Counted from the first letter of the stretch, positions 8,974 to 19,403 are shown. The stretch: DNA of 64,000 bases from Nitrospirota bacterium (GCA_963740085.1 CAVUCU010000004.1:384001-448000); one strand, 5' to 3'. A program made the numbers and translations. The notes: generated from the letters alone by a model not told the origin.

Positions 8974-10068
8974 ATGGTACTATCCCGTCATGACCTCACC
9001 GGTTGCAGAGAACCTACACTTTCCGATTTTGACTTCGATCTTCCCGAATCGCTCATTGCGCAGGAACCATCACTGCGAAGGGATTGTTCGCGCCTTCTGG
9101 CAGTCGATCGCGAGAGCGGAAGTATCGCGCATCGCATTTTTACTGATCTTGAACAGTATCTTGTTCCCGGCGATCTGCTGGTCTTAAACGACACGAAAGT
9201 TTTCCCGTGCAGGCTTTTGGCAAAAAAAACCGGAGGCGGCAGGGCAGAGATATTCCTCTTGTCTGAACAGGGGGTGAACCTCTGGGAAGCACTCGTGAAG
9301 GGTGGTGTCGGCACCGGGAAACGATTGAGCGTCACGGCGGAAATAGATGCCGAGATCATGGGTCAGGGCGCAGACAACGTCAGGATGGTCCGCTTTTACG
9401 GCATCAACGATATACGGACGGTCCTTCCTGAGATCGGGAAAACACCGCTTCCTCCTTATATAAAGCGAGAAGCCGATAAGGCTGACGGGGAACGCTACCA
9501 GACGGTATACGCGGCGCATGAAGGTGCGGTTGCGGCGCCTACAGCCGGTCTGCACTTCACGGATGAAATGCTTGTCCGGTTGAAGCACAGGGGTGTACAG
9601 TTCGCCTTGGTCACGCTCCACGTGGGGCCGGGAACGTTCCAGCCTGTCCGGGTGGAAACGATCGCGGATCATCGCATGCTTCCCGAGCGCTACTCGATCA
9701 CCGAGGACGCCGCTGCGCGGATCAACCTCGCGAAGTCAGAAGGCAGAAGGGTGATCGCGGTGGGGACCACGAGCGTGCGAACGATCGAGACCTCGGCGGC
9801 CGGCGGCAACAGGGTCGCGCCCGGCGAAGGCCGTTCGGAGCTGTTCATTTATCCCGGCTATCAATTTACGGTGACAGACGGCATCGTCACCAATTTTCAT
9901 CTGCCGAAGTCAACTCTTCTCATGCTCGTATCGGCTTTTGCCGGCAGGGAACGGACGCTGTCGGCGTATCGTACGGCGGTCGCGGAGAAGTACCGTTTTT
10001 ACAGTTATGGAGACGCGATGTTCATCGCTCAGGCAGGTCCCAAACAACAAGCATCGAATAACAAATAA
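8974..10068 (+). CDS. queA: S-adenosylmethionine:tRNA ribosyltransferase-isomerase
   Basis: LSDFDFDLPESLIAQ, PLPPYIKR, GAVAAPTAGLHF, TNFHLPKSTL, YSYGDAM. Start uncertain (ATG 8974 in frame, or ATG 8989 with an indel). Confidence 0.95.
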   Translation: MVLSRHDLTGCREPTLSDFDFDLPESLIAQEPSLRRDCSRLLAVDRESGSIAHRIFTDLEQYLVPGDLLVLNDTKVFPCRLLAKKTGGGRAEIFLLSEQGVNLWEALVKGGVGTGKRLSVTAEIDAEIMGQGADNVRMVRFYGINDIRTVLPEIGKTPLPPYIKREADKADGERYQTVYAAHEGAVAAPTAGLHFTDEMLVRLKHRGVQFALVTLHVGPGTFQPVRVETIADHRMLPERYSITEDAAARINLAKSEGRRVIAVGTTSVRTIETSAAGGNRVAPGEGRSELFIYPGYQFTVTDGIVTNFHLPKSTLLMLVSAFAGRERTLSAYRTAVAEKYRFYSYGDAMFIAQAGPKQQASNNK

Positions 10069-10152
10069 ATATCAAGCATAATTTTCAAACGTTTCGAATT
10101 TGTACTTTTGAGTCTGGAATTTATTTGGGATTTGTCATTTGAAATTCGGATC
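10039..10152. repeat. Degenerate heptamer inverted-repeat element (CCAAAT.. / ..ATTTGG)
   Basis: A-rich arm followed by ATTTGG/ATTTGA units; same type as the flanks at 8600-8965. Confidence 0.5.
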
Positions 10153-10154
10153 TT

Positions 10155-10827
10155 ATGCAGGAGTGCCCTATGATCAATCAAAGAGGCGGCATCATTTCCA
10201 AGCTCTTCATCATCCCGATGGGAGTGGCCCTCATGGTGGGCTTCTTTTTTTTAGGATATTATGTGGGGAAATATCAGAGCAAGACAGCGGCATCGGGAGA
10301 GATAGCGCCGCCGCTTCCCGCGATAGCTTCCAACAATGGCCAGAAGCTGGAAGAGTTTACGTTCTACAAGACACTGGCCGACAAAAACGACAAGACCGTA
10401 TCAATCGACCTCAAAACAAAGCCTGTGAAAGAGGCCACAAAACCAATGCCTATTTCCGAGGCGCCGAAGGAAAAGCGGCTAGAGGTCAATCTTGGGAAAG
10501 AGTCGTCCTCGACGGCGAGGCCAAAACAGCTGGCGTCGAAGCACGCAGCAGCCAGCGAAGAGAGAGCCTGCCGAGGCATCCTCGAACACAAAAATCCGCT
10601 ATACCGTTCAGACGGCATCATACCAGGAACGGGCAATGGCCGAGGATGAAGTGAAGCGGCTGAAAAAGAGGGGATTTGCCGCGTTCATTGTCTCCTCGGA
10701 ACTGCCGGGCAAAGGCGTGTGGCACCGTGTGAGGCTCGGCAGCTTCTCGAACAAGGCGGCGGCTGAAAGGCTCCAAAAGACGGTTCGTGAGAAGGAGGGG
10801 ATTTCAACCATCGTGGTATTGGAATAG
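10155..10827 (+). CDS. SPOR-domain cell division protein (FtsN/DedD-like), frameshifted near 10550
   Basis: TM segment plus FTFYKTL in 10155..10649; SPOR domain (YTVQTASY..A...L..KG...WHRVRLGSF) in the 10492..10827 frame. Confidence 0.8.
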
Positions 10828-10913
10828 AGACAGGCGGCCTGGGGAAAATTGAGGGTCCAGGGGGACCGGGTCTTTCTCAATTGCTGAACGACCGATTCCC
10901 TCATGTTCCCGTA

Positions 10914-11324
10914 TCAGTGCACATTCTTATTGGAAATGATCTGGAGGGTGAGAGGAATGATGCCTGCCCGTTCCTGATCGAGGAGGGTCTCTATCCAGTA
11001 CGTGCCGGGGACATTGAACGTCGAATTGAACCGGATCGATATGTCCCGGTGATGCTGGCTTTCGTTGAAAAGGGTTATCGTTGCATCAGACTCGGAGAGG
11101 ACCTGCTTCTGGTCCGGGGCAAGGAGCCTGATACGGGAAAGGAACTCGCCCTTTCCGCCGGTCCATTCGTTCACAATAGCAAAACGGGGGTGCAGCGCCG
11201 GGAACGTGTTCGAGTAGATGCTTTCGAACAGTCCCATGAGACTGAACTTGCCGCCCATCTCCTGTCGCACGTCGTCGCAGAGGATGGTGTAATTCAACCT
11301 TGGTTTGATCTTTGTCATTGCCAT
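10914..11324 (-). CDS. Conserved hypothetical protein (DUF6941-like)
   Basis: YTILCDDVRQE-GGKFSLMGLF N-terminus; beta-rich; ATG 11324 follows a promoter. Confidence 0.6.
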   Translation of the reverse strand: MAMTKIKPRLNYTILCDDVRQEMGGKFSLMGLFESIYSNTFPALHPRFAIVNEWTGGKGEFLSRIRLLAPDQKQVLSESDATITLFNESQHHRDISIRFNSTFNVPGTYWIETLLDQERAGIIPLTLQIISNKNVH

Positions 11325-11330
11325 GCCGGT

Positions 11331-11400
11331 AACGTAACATACAGTTCTGCTGTGTGTCAAACTGTTTTTTCTTGACAAATATTTTCAATCAACGTAATCT
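11331..11400. promoter_or_regulatory. Back-to-back sigma70 promoters (DUF gene and pheS)
   Basis: Plus: TTGACA(11372)-17-TAATCT. Minus: TTGACA(11360)-18-TACGTT with an extended TG. Confidence 0.6.
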
Positions 11401-11412
11401 TATCCGCATCTT

Positions 11413-12978
11413 ATGGCAACACCAGCCCTCATAAAACTGCTCGAAAGCCTCCACCCGCTTGAAAACAAGGTGCTCCTCTCGTTTCAGCAGGGAGAGGCCC
11501 TGTCCGCATTTGAACTCCTGAAAGCATCGGGTCTCGATGAGTCCCGCCTTGACATGGCATCAGGCTGGCTCCAGTCCAAGGGGTTGCTCGATGTGAAGGA
11601 CGAGTCCGTCACCTCGCTTGTTTCTCTTACCGAAACAGGAAGGGAGTATCTGGAAAAAGGCACTCCCGAAATGAGGATCATCAATGCCCTCCGTGACGGA
11701 AAACAGTTTACGGTCAAAGACATCATCCAGACCTGGGGCATGGAGCCTTCCGAGGTCAGCTCTGCTGTGGGAGCGCTGAAAGAGGCAAACGTGGCGCAGA
11801 TCGCGCAAGGCGGCATTCTGGCGCTGGCGCCGGGCGCCGACATTTCCGTCTATGAGTTCCTGTCGACCCTGATCAAGATGGCGGCTGATAAAGACCAGGC
11901 CGATCTCTCTTCTTATTCAGAAGCACAGCAGTCTGCGATCAACGCAAACTTCCACAAACGCGGGAAAGGCAAAGGTCTCTTCCGCATCAGTGACAAGAAA
12001 AACCGCGTTTACACGCTTACGAATGACGGACTGGAAATGCTCGGCCTCATCAAGGAACGCGGCGTTGTTGCCGAAGAGGCTTCAATGCTCACTCCCGAGA
12101 TGCTGAAGCAGGGCACCTGGAAGAACAAAAAGTTTCGCGCCTACAACATCGCCCTCAATCCCCCGCGCCAGAGCATCGGCAGGAAGCACCCCTACAAAGA
12201 ATTCCTCGACTTCGTGAAATATAAATTCGTCGGCATGGGGTTCGAGGAGATGCGCGGACCGCTCGTGGAGAACGAGTTCTGGGACATGGATGCACTGTAC
12301 ATGCCCCAGTTCCATCCCGCCCGGAACATTCATGATGTGTATTTCGTAAAAGAGCCCGCGGCGTGCAGGGAGATCGAGTCACCATTCGGCAAGAACGTGG
12401 CGGCAGCGCACAAGGACGGCGGCAAGACCGGGTCCACCGGCTGGCGCTATCCTTTTGACATCGAGCGCGCAAAGCGACTGATCCTCAGGAGCCAGGGCAC
12501 TGCGGTATCGGCGCGCACACTGGCATCGGGACCGAAGGTCCCGGGCAAATATTTTTCCATCGCGCGCTGCTTCCGTTATGACGCGGTCGACGCAACCCAT
12601 GCGCCCGACTTCTATCAGGTCGAGGGTATTGTGCTCGGCGAGGACATCAATTTCAAGGCGCTGCTCGGGCTCTTGAAGCTCTTTGGGCAGGAGATCGCCA
12701 GGGCAGGGGAGTTTCAGTTCAGGCCGGCCTATTTTCCGTTCACAGAACCGTCGGTCGAACTGCACGTGAAGCACCCCGAACTCGGCTGGATGGAACTCGG
12801 CGGGGCCGGCATCTTCCGTCCCGAGGTCACCAGGCCGCTCGGTGTGGATGTGCCGGTGATCGCCTGGGGCCTCGGACTCGACCGCATGGCCATGGTGGCG
12901 CTCGGGATCAAGGATATCCGGGACCTGTTCTCCAAGGACCTGGATTTCATACGAACAAAAAAAATACAATTGGGATAA
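11413..12978 (+). CDS. pheS: Phenylalanyl-tRNA synthetase alpha subunit, archaeal/eukaryotic type
   Basis: 521 aa with long N-terminal extension; FWDMDALYMPQFHPAR, FRYDAVDATH, YFPFTEPS, GAGIFRPEV, AWGLGLDR. Confidence 0.95.
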   Translation: MATPALIKLLESLHPLENKVLLSFQQGEALSAFELLKASGLDESRLDMASGWLQSKGLLDVKDESVTSLVSLTETGREYLEKGTPEMRIINALRDGKQFTVKDIIQTWGMEPSEVSSAVGALKEANVAQIAQGGILALAPGADISVYEFLSTLIKMAADKDQADLSSYSEAQQSAINANFHKRGKGKGLFRISDKKNRVYTLTNDGLEMLGLIKERGVVAEEASMLTPEMLKQGTWKNKKFRAYNIALNPPRQSIGRKHPYKEFLDFVKYKFVGMGFEEMRGPLVENEFWDMDALYMPQFHPARNIHDVYFVKEPAACREIESPFGKNVAAAHKDGGKTGSTGWRYPFDIERAKRLILRSQGTAVSARTLASGPKVPGKYFSIARCFRYDAVDATHAPDFYQVEGIVLGEDINFKALLGLLKLFGQEIARAGEFQFRPAYFPFTEPSVELHVKHPELGWMELGGAGIFRPEVTRPLGVDVPVIAWGLGLDRMAMVALGIKDIRDLFSKDLDFIRTKKIQLG

Positions 12979-12995
12979 TAAAAACAAATAGTAAA

Positions 12996-13136
12996 AACTC
13001 AGATTGGCCGCAAAAGATCGCAAAGAACTCAAAGAAAAAACCGGAAACCATATATCATTTTAATTTTCTCTGTGGTCTTTGCGTTCTTTCGCGTCGCGGC
13101 TAACAGATTTTGACCTGATTTGACCTGAGTGGATAC
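12996..13136. mobile_element. MITE-like element family A between pheS and pheT
   Basis: ACTCAGATTGGCCGCAAAAG...CGCGGCTAACAGATTTTGACCTGA, with a duplicated TTTGACCTGA end. Confidence 0.7.
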
Positions 13137-13153
13137 TTGGAATTTAAAGTGCT

Positions 13154-14851
13154 ATGCCTACTATCGACATAAAAAAACACGACCTCGACACCCTCATCGG
13201 CAAGAAGCTCTCCGTTGCGGTTCTCGAAAAGAAGCTTATGCTCGCCAAGGCCGAGCTGAAGGAGTACAACGCAGAGACCGATGAGCTCAAGGTCGAGTTG
13301 TCCGACAGCAACAGGCCGGACCTCTGGTCGTCTGAAGGCATTGCTCGCCAGGTTCGCATCGCGTTATCCGGAAAGCCCGAGACCTATCCCTTCTACAAAC
13401 ATGGCGGGAAAGCTACGCGGGAGATCAGGGTCTCAAAGGGAATGAAATCCGTGAGGCCGTACATCGCGGCCTGCACCGCGATCGGCATTCATATGAACGA
13501 CGACGTGCTGGCGCAGATGATCCAGAGCCAGGACAAGCTCTCGGAGATCTTCGGCCGGAAGCGGTCAACGGTGTCGATCGGCATCTACGAGCTCGACCGC
13601 ATCATGTTCCCGGTGGACTACCGGCTTGCCGAGCCGTCCTCCGTGTCATTCATTCCGCTCGGCATGGAAGAGAAACTTACGCTTACCGAGATCCTCGAAC
13701 GACATCCCAAGGGTATCGCCTACGGCACTATCGTGAAACCCTTCCCTCAGTACCCGGTGCTGACAGACAGCCTGGGCCGCGCCCTGTCCTTCCCTCCGGT
13801 CATCAACAGCAGGGAGATCGGTGAGGTGAAGCCGAATACCAAAAATGTGCTGATCGAGGTGACCGGCACGGACCTGCGCATGACGGTGCTCACGCTGAAT
13901 ATCCTTGCGACGAACTTTTATGACCGGGGCGCGGACATCGAACCGGTGCAGGTGACCTATCCGTATGAAACCGGACTCGGGAAGCGCGTGACATTCCCCG
14001 CTGATACATCGGGAACGTTCACGGTGCCCCTTGCAAGATTCTCTACCGGGCTCGGAGAGGATGTTTCATCCGCTGAGGTGAAGAAACGGCTCAGTTCCTA
14101 CGGACACATCATAAGCTCCGCGCGCGGAACAGTTTCCGTGACCGTGCCTCCGTATCGCGACGATATCATGCACCCCATGGACCTGGTGGAAGACTATGCC
14201 ATCAGCAGGGGATACGAATCCTTCGAACCGATCATGCCGCGACAATCGACGGTCGGGGCCATATCCCGGATCGAATTATTGTCCGATATTGTGCGCGGCC
14301 ATATGGTCGGGTCCGGTTTTCAGGAGATCATGTCGAATATTCTCTGCTCGCGGGAAGAGCTTGATTATGCCATGACCGCGGGGGAGAAGCTCGTCGAGGT
14401 GGACAACGTGATGTCGCTTGCCTACTCGGTGCTCAGGAACCGGGTCATTCCGTCACTGTTGAACGTGGAAGCGGCAAGTTCAAAGGCCTTCTATCCGCAT
14501 CGGACGTTCGAGGTAGGCGAGGTCGCCGTGCGCGACGCGAGCGAGAACATGGGCTCACGCACTGACCTGAATCTCGGCGCGATCATTTCCCACCCGGGCG
14601 CCAATTTCTCGGAGATGCATTCAACGCTCGATATCCTCCTTTACTACCTCGGTCAGGATTATAAACTGGATCCGGCGGAACATGCTCTCTTCATCCAGGG
14701 CCGCTGCGGCCGGGTGGTCGCGGGCGGCATTGAACTGGGTTTCGTCGGCGAGGTACGGCCCGAGGTACTTGAACGCACGCAGATCACCATGCCCTGCGCC
14801 GCCTTCGAGATCAATCTGGACCGGATGCTTCGTCCGTCACTCATCGAGTAA
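13154..14851 (+). CDS. pheT: Phenylalanyl-tRNA synthetase beta subunit, archaeal/eukaryotic type
   Basis: 565 aa, MPTI start, NRPDLWS-EGIAR, LSFPPVINS, VPPYRDDIMHPMDLVED; lacks the bacterial OB (B2) and B8 domains. Confidence 0.95.
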   Translation: MPTIDIKKHDLDTLIGKKLSVAVLEKKLMLAKAELKEYNAETDELKVELSDSNRPDLWSSEGIARQVRIALSGKPETYPFYKHGGKATREIRVSKGMKSVRPYIAACTAIGIHMNDDVLAQMIQSQDKLSEIFGRKRSTVSIGIYELDRIMFPVDYRLAEPSSVSFIPLGMEEKLTLTEILERHPKGIAYGTIVKPFPQYPVLTDSLGRALSFPPVINSREIGEVKPNTKNVLIEVTGTDLRMTVLTLNILATNFYDRGADIEPVQVTYPYETGLGKRVTFPADTSGTFTVPLARFSTGLGEDVSSAEVKKRLSSYGHIISSARGTVSVTVPPYRDDIMHPMDLVEDYAISRGYESFEPIMPRQSTVGAISRIELLSDIVRGHMVGSGFQEIMSNILCSREELDYAMTAGEKLVEVDNVMSLAYSVLRNRVIPSLLNVEAASSKAFYPHRTFEVGEVAVRDASENMGSRTDLNLGAIISHPGANFSEMHSTLDILLYYLGQDYKLDPAEHALFIQGRCGRVVAGGIELGFVGEVRPEVLERTQITMPCAAFEINLDRMLRPSLIE

Positions 14852-14916
14852 AACACCTCATCAATGCTGCATGAGGAGCTCTTTAAACACGGATGCATAA
14901 AAAAGGAGGATTCGTC

Positions 14917-15354
14917 ATGATCAATAAAACGGTCATTGGTTTGCTCGCGCTCGTTCTTGTATCGCTTTTTCGGCTGCCGTCTGTTTTTGCCGAACCGAAC
15001 ATGAAGGAGGGGATGTGGGAGATCAAAGGAGAAATGAAGATCGAAGGCATGCCATTCCCAATGCCGCCCGTTCCGATGAATTATACGCAATGTCTTACGA
15101 AAAAGGACATGATCCCGCAGAAGAAGGAAAAGAACCAGGATTGCAAAATGATCAGCAATAAGATGGCCGGAGATACGGTTTCCTGGGTAATGCAGTGCAC
15201 GGATAAGAATGGAGTCATGGAGAGTACGGGAAAGTTGACGTATAAAGGCAATAGCTTTACCGGCACCGTACACATCGTAACAACGGAAACAAATGGGGAA
15301 AAATCGGAATCTACCCTGCAGATGTCCGGAAAACGCACCGGCGACTGCAAATAG
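14917..15354 (+). CDS. Exported DUF3617-like protein
   Basis: AGGAGG SD, signal peptide, EGMWEI..TQCLT..C..C..GKRTGDCK pattern. Confidence 0.75.
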   Translation: MINKTVIGLLALVLVSLFRLPSVFAEPNMKEGMWEIKGEMKIEGMPFPMPPVPMNYTQCLTKKDMIPQKKEKNQDCKMISNKMAGDTVSWVMQCTDKNGVMESTGKLTYKGNSFTGTVHIVTTETNGEKSESTLQMSGKRTGDCK

Positions 15355-15393
15355 AATATCTTCTGCTGATCACCCTCACCGGAAATGAGCCCG

Positions 15394-15423
15394 CTGCCCC
15401 CTGAATAAGGGGGCAGTTTTTTT
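15394..15423 (+). terminator. Rho-independent terminator
   Basis: CTGCCCCCT-GAATA-AGGGGGCAG followed by T7. Confidence 0.85.
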
Positions 15424-15468
15424 GCGGTGAAGACGGTCTATCGATAGCTGAGGTAACCAGGAAAAGTC

Positions 15469-15497
15469 TTGACAGTGCAGGAATGTTAGTGTAATAT
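15469..15497 (+). promoter_or_regulatory. sigma70 promoter of the lipid cluster
   Basis: TTGACA-17-TAATAT upstream of fabG. Confidence 0.65.
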
Positions 15498-15650
15498 TCA
15501 GAACTTTGCAAGTTTAACTGAAAACGCCTGAAATATTCCATGGTTAGAGGGATTATTTTCAGCGGGAAAGTGATGCTTTAGACGGCTTTTTTCATGGCGT
15601 TTGATGATCAATCGTCAAGGACCATGAGGCCCGGGACCCCATTCATTTTC

Positions 15651-16385
15651 ATGCAAAATAAAACGCAAAAAATAGCGCTGGTCATCGGCGGAAGCCGGGG
15701 GATAGGGCGTGCCATAGCGATCAAACTGGCAAAGTCCGGGTTCACCCTCTGGTTGACATATAAAGGTAATCATGAGGCAGCGAAAAAAACGAAGGCAGAG
15801 ATAGAATCAGCGGGAAGCGTCTGCGAACTTATCCCGTTCGATGTCTCGAGTTTTGAAGAGACCGAATCAGCCCTAGGTGAGCGCCTCGAAAACCGGTCGC
15901 CTGATGTTCTCGTGTTCAACTCGGGGATCTCCCGGGACAATCTCCTGATGTGGATGACCAAGGACGAGTGGGGCTCGGTCCTCGCCACAAATCTGAACGG
16001 GTTCTTCAATGTGACCCGTGCGGTGGTCTTCGCGATGCTGAAGGCGAAACGCGGCCGTATCGTCGTTGTTTCGTCCGTATCGGGCCAGATCGGCCAGGCA
16101 GGACAGGTAAACTATTCAGCGTCAAAGGCCGGCTTGATCGGTGCGGCAAAGGCGCTCGCGCGCGAGGTCGGGAGAAAGAACATAGTGGTGAATGTAGTGG
16201 CGCCCGGATTCATTGAAACGGAAATGACCGAAAAGATCCCGAAGGAACAGATCCTGCCTTTGATCCCGTTGAATCGCCTGGGCAGCATCGACGATGTGGC
16301 TTCGGTCGTAAATTTTCTCTGCACGGAAGAGCATATGTATATTCACGGCCAGGTGATCGGCATCAACGGCGGACTCGCGATGTAG
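15651..16385 (+). CDS. fabG: 3-oxoacyl-ACP reductase
   Basis: GGSRGIG, NYSASK, NVVAPGFIET SDR motifs; start may be 15594-15651. Confidence 0.9.
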   Translation: MQNKTQKIALVIGGSRGIGRAIAIKLAKSGFTLWLTYKGNHEAAKKTKAEIESAGSVCELIPFDVSSFEETESALGERLENRSPDVLVFNSGISRDNLLMWMTKDEWGSVLATNLNGFFNVTRAVVFAMLKAKRGRIVVVSSVSGQIGQAGQVNYSASKAGLIGAAKALAREVGRKNIVVNVVAPGFIETEMTEKIPKEQILPLIPLNRLGSIDDVASVVNFLCTEEHMYIHGQVIGINGGLAM

Positions 16386-16400
16386 GGTTCCATCTTGATC

Positions 16401-16534
16401 TTTGATGGACTCGTACTAAGTCAAGATTTGCCACAAAATGCGCAGAAAACACAAAGGTAAGACCGTAAGACCCAAAGCATGTCTCTGAGCATTTGTGACT
16501 TCTGTGGTTAAGAGATACTCTTTTACGAATTTGT
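16401..16534. mobile_element. MITE-like element (TTTGATGGACTCGTA...TTTTACGAATT ends)
   Basis: Imperfect terminal inverted repeats enclosing CACAAA/TTTGTG-type internal inverted units. Confidence 0.45.
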
Positions 16535-16631
16535 TATTTTTTATTGATGTGAACCTCAGGTCAGTCACTCGCTTCGCCCGTAACGGACCCGAGCAGCTGC
16601 GCAGTAATAACGTATTTATTTCTCGAAGTGA

Positions 16632-18137
16632 TTGACGATAATGAAAAAATATGACGATATTGTGGTCGGAAGCGGTATCAGCGGGTTGACCATGACCCTT
16701 CTGCTCGCGATGAGCGGCCATCGCGTGTTATTGCTCGAAAAGAGCCCGCATATCGGCGGCTCACTTGCGCGATTTTCCAAGAGAGGGATCCCGTTCGACA
16801 CAGGGTTCCATTTCACGGGCGGGCTTCACGAGGGCGGCATACTCTCGGATATCCTGCGGTTCCTCGGGATCCGCGATTCCATCGAGCCGATCTATTACAA
16901 CGATACCTTCAAAAACCAGTTCGTTTTCGAAGCAGCCGGCCGGACGTTCGAACACCCCAGCGGGATCGAGAACATCAAGAGGCAATTCAAAGGCTACTTT
17001 CCGGGCGAGGCGAACGCCATAGACCGGTATTTTGAAAAGATACTCTCTGTCTGTCAACGAAGCCCGTCTCTCAACATCCATGAAAACAATATCACGTTCC
17101 CCAACCTGGACGAGGATTATATCTCGCTTGACGCGGTCCTGAAGGACCTGACCCCGAATGGGCTTCTGCGCGGACTGCTGTCCGCGTTCGCCATGTGCTA
17201 CGGTGTGCGGCCGGATGAGATGTCCTTTGCCAATCACAGCAGGATGATGCTCAGCTTTTATGAATCCTTTGCCTGTGTAAAGGACGGCGGAGATGCATTT
17301 GTCAATGCCTTTCAGAAAAGGTTCAAGGATTTTGACGTGGAGGTCCGCTGCGGGACGTACATCGCGGAACTTGCAGACCTCTCCGACAGCAAGGTGGGAC
17401 GATTTATCCTGAACACCGGAGAGGAGATTACTTCGGATACGTGCGTATTCACGATCCACCCGAAAGAGATATTGAATATCCTGCCCGCAAAGCACTTCAG
17501 CAGGGCCTTTGCGGATCGCATCGGGAGATTCGAATCGTCGGTGGGTTTCTTTTCTGTTTTCGCAACGATCAAGCCGGGGACCCGTGACCCGTATCCGGAC
17601 GCCGCAGTAACATCGCTCTTTCCGATCGAGGATGTGAACCGGCTGCTTGATCCTGCTTACCAAGGTGGTCCCGCCGTGGTCGTCATCAAGTCCACGGGAC
17701 TTGACGGCGCGGGGAAATCGGTTTGCATCCTTGAACCCTCACACTCGGAACAGGTAATGGCCTGGAGCGAGTCCCGAAGGGGGAAAAGGCCCGGGGAATA
17801 TCTTGATTATAAAAAGCATCGCATTGAAGCGATCATGGACCATGTATGCGCCGTCTATCCCGCATACCGGGAGAGTCTTGATATCGTCGATGCGGCATCC
17901 ATGTTGACATTCAAAGAATACCTGAACAGTCCTGACGGCAGTGCCTACGGCATCAAGCAGAAGATGGGACAGTTCAATCTTATCGGGAAACTCCCGCTGC
18001 ACAACCTGTATGCGGCGGGACAAAGCGCTCTCCTGCCGGGGATCACCGGCGCCATGATGTCATCGCTCATCGTGGGCCGCGCGGTGGTGGGCAAAGAGCA
18101 GTACGGCAGGCTGCTGAACCGGGCATTATGTCATTAA
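16632..18137 (+). CDS. Phytoene-desaturase-family FAD oxidoreductase
   Basis: VVGSGISG..LLEK..IGG, FDTGFHF, GSAYG, NLYAAGQS..PGITGA. Confidence 0.85.
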   Translation: MTIMKKYDDIVVGSGISGLTMTLLLAMSGHRVLLLEKSPHIGGSLARFSKRGIPFDTGFHFTGGLHEGGILSDILRFLGIRDSIEPIYYNDTFKNQFVFEAAGRTFEHPSGIENIKRQFKGYFPGEANAIDRYFEKILSVCQRSPSLNIHENNITFPNLDEDYISLDAVLKDLTPNGLLRGLLSAFAMCYGVRPDEMSFANHSRMMLSFYESFACVKDGGDAFVNAFQKRFKDFDVEVRCGTYIAELADLSDSKVGRFILNTGEEITSDTCVFTIHPKEILNILPAKHFSRAFADRIGRFESSVGFFSVFATIKPGTRDPYPDAAVTSLFPIEDVNRLLDPAYQGGPAVVVIKSTGLDGAGKSVCILEPSHSEQVMAWSESRRGKRPGEYLDYKKHRIEAIMDHVCAVYPAYRESLDIVDAASMLTFKEYLNSPDGSAYGIKQKMGQFNLIGKLPLHNLYAAGQSALLPGITGAMMSSLIVGRAVVGKEQYGRLLNRALCH

Positions 18138-19354
18138 AGCGTGTCGTGATAACAGGGATCGGCGTGGTTTCGCCTTTCGGCAACGGCCTGCCCGCCCTGA
18201 TGAAGGGTATCGAGGAAGGTCGGAGCGCCGTGCGGCGCATGGAGGGATGGGACCAGTACATCGGCCTGCATAGTCTCGTCGGGGCAACGGTAGATATCCA
18301 GGACGAAAAACGAATTCCGAGACAGAAGCGGCGTTCCATGGGACGCATGAGCATCTTCGCGGCACAGGCAGCTGATGAGGCCATCGCTGATGCCGGTATC
18401 TCCCTCGCCGGAGAAGACCTGTGGCGGATCGGCTGCGTCATCGGTTCGACCATGGGGAGCGCCAAAAGCATCAACGATGCCTTTGAGACCATGCTGCCCA
18501 ACAAGGACCTGAGCCGGCTGAACTCGACCATGTTCTTTCAGTGCATGTCGCATACGGCAGCGGTGAACGTCGCCCAGTACCTGGGACTGAACGGCACGAT
18601 CATGGCGCCGGCCGCTGCATGCGCGTCGGCACTTCATGCCATCGGCACGGGTTACGATCTGATCAGGCTCGGGAGGCAGGACGTCCTGCTCTGCGGCGGG
18701 GCCGAGGAACTCCACCCGACGGTAACCGGGTCTTTCGACATTCTTTTCGCGACATCGACGAAGTACAACGAGACACCGCAGAAAACGCCGCGGCCGTTTG
18801 ACAGGGACCGGGACGGTCTGGTCTGCGGGGAGGGGAGCGGCCTCGTGGTCATCGAGGACTACGAGCGGGCGATCAAGAGGAACGCAAAGATCTACGCCGA
18901 GATCACGGGTTACAGCACGACGGCGAACGGTCTTCACGTAAGCCAGTCGAACAGGGAATCCATGATCGTCTGCATGCAGCAGGCGCTCCGTGATGCCCGT
19001 GTTCAGTCGGAGGAGATCGATTATGTCAACGCCCATGCCACGGCCACTCTTCAGGGGGACCAGGAGGAAGCAGAGGCCATCGCGAAAGTCTTCGGGTCGG
19101 TGGTTCCTGTAAGCAGCCTGAAGGGATATATCGGTCATACACTCGGCGCTTCAGGCGCCATCGAGCTGGCCGCATCGCTCTCGATGATGGAGCGGGGTGT
19201 GGTCTACCCCACGCTGAACCTGGACACCGTCAGTTCGGACTGCGAAGGGATCCATCACGTGACGAAGCCGCTCAAGAAGCAGCTCAAGACCATCCTGAAG
19301 AACGGGTTCGCCTTCGGCGGCATCAATGCGGCGCTGGTGTGCAGGAAAATATAA
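18128..19354 (+). CDS. fabF: Beta-ketoacyl-ACP synthase (KS1)
   Basis: Cys-His-His triad: AAACAS, NAHATAT, GHTLGA; NGFAFGG. Confidence 0.9.
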   Translation: MSLKRVVITGIGVVSPFGNGLPALMKGIEEGRSAVRRMEGWDQYIGLHSLVGATVDIQDEKRIPRQKRRSMGRMSIFAAQAADEAIADAGISLAGEDLWRIGCVIGSTMGSAKSINDAFETMLPNKDLSRLNSTMFFQCMSHTAAVNVAQYLGLNGTIMAPAAACASALHAIGTGYDLIRLGRQDVLLCGGAEELHPTVTGSFDILFATSTKYNETPQKTPRPFDRDRDGLVCGEGSGLVVIEDYERAIKRNAKIYAEITGYSTTANGLHVSQSNRESMIVCMQQALRDARVQSEEIDYVNAHATATLQGDQEEAEAIAKVFGSVVPVSSLKGYIGHTLGASGAIELAASLSMMERGVVYPTLNLDTVSSDCEGIHHVTKPLKKQLKTILKNGFAFGGINAALVCRKI

Positions 19355-19403
19355 AGTTATCATAGGACCGATACGACCTATCAGACAGATACCGGAGGCG
19401 TGC

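Noticed and set aside
11380-11413. T-box or pheM attenuator before pheS
   Set aside because: The promoter lies immediately upstream of the ATG, leaving no room.
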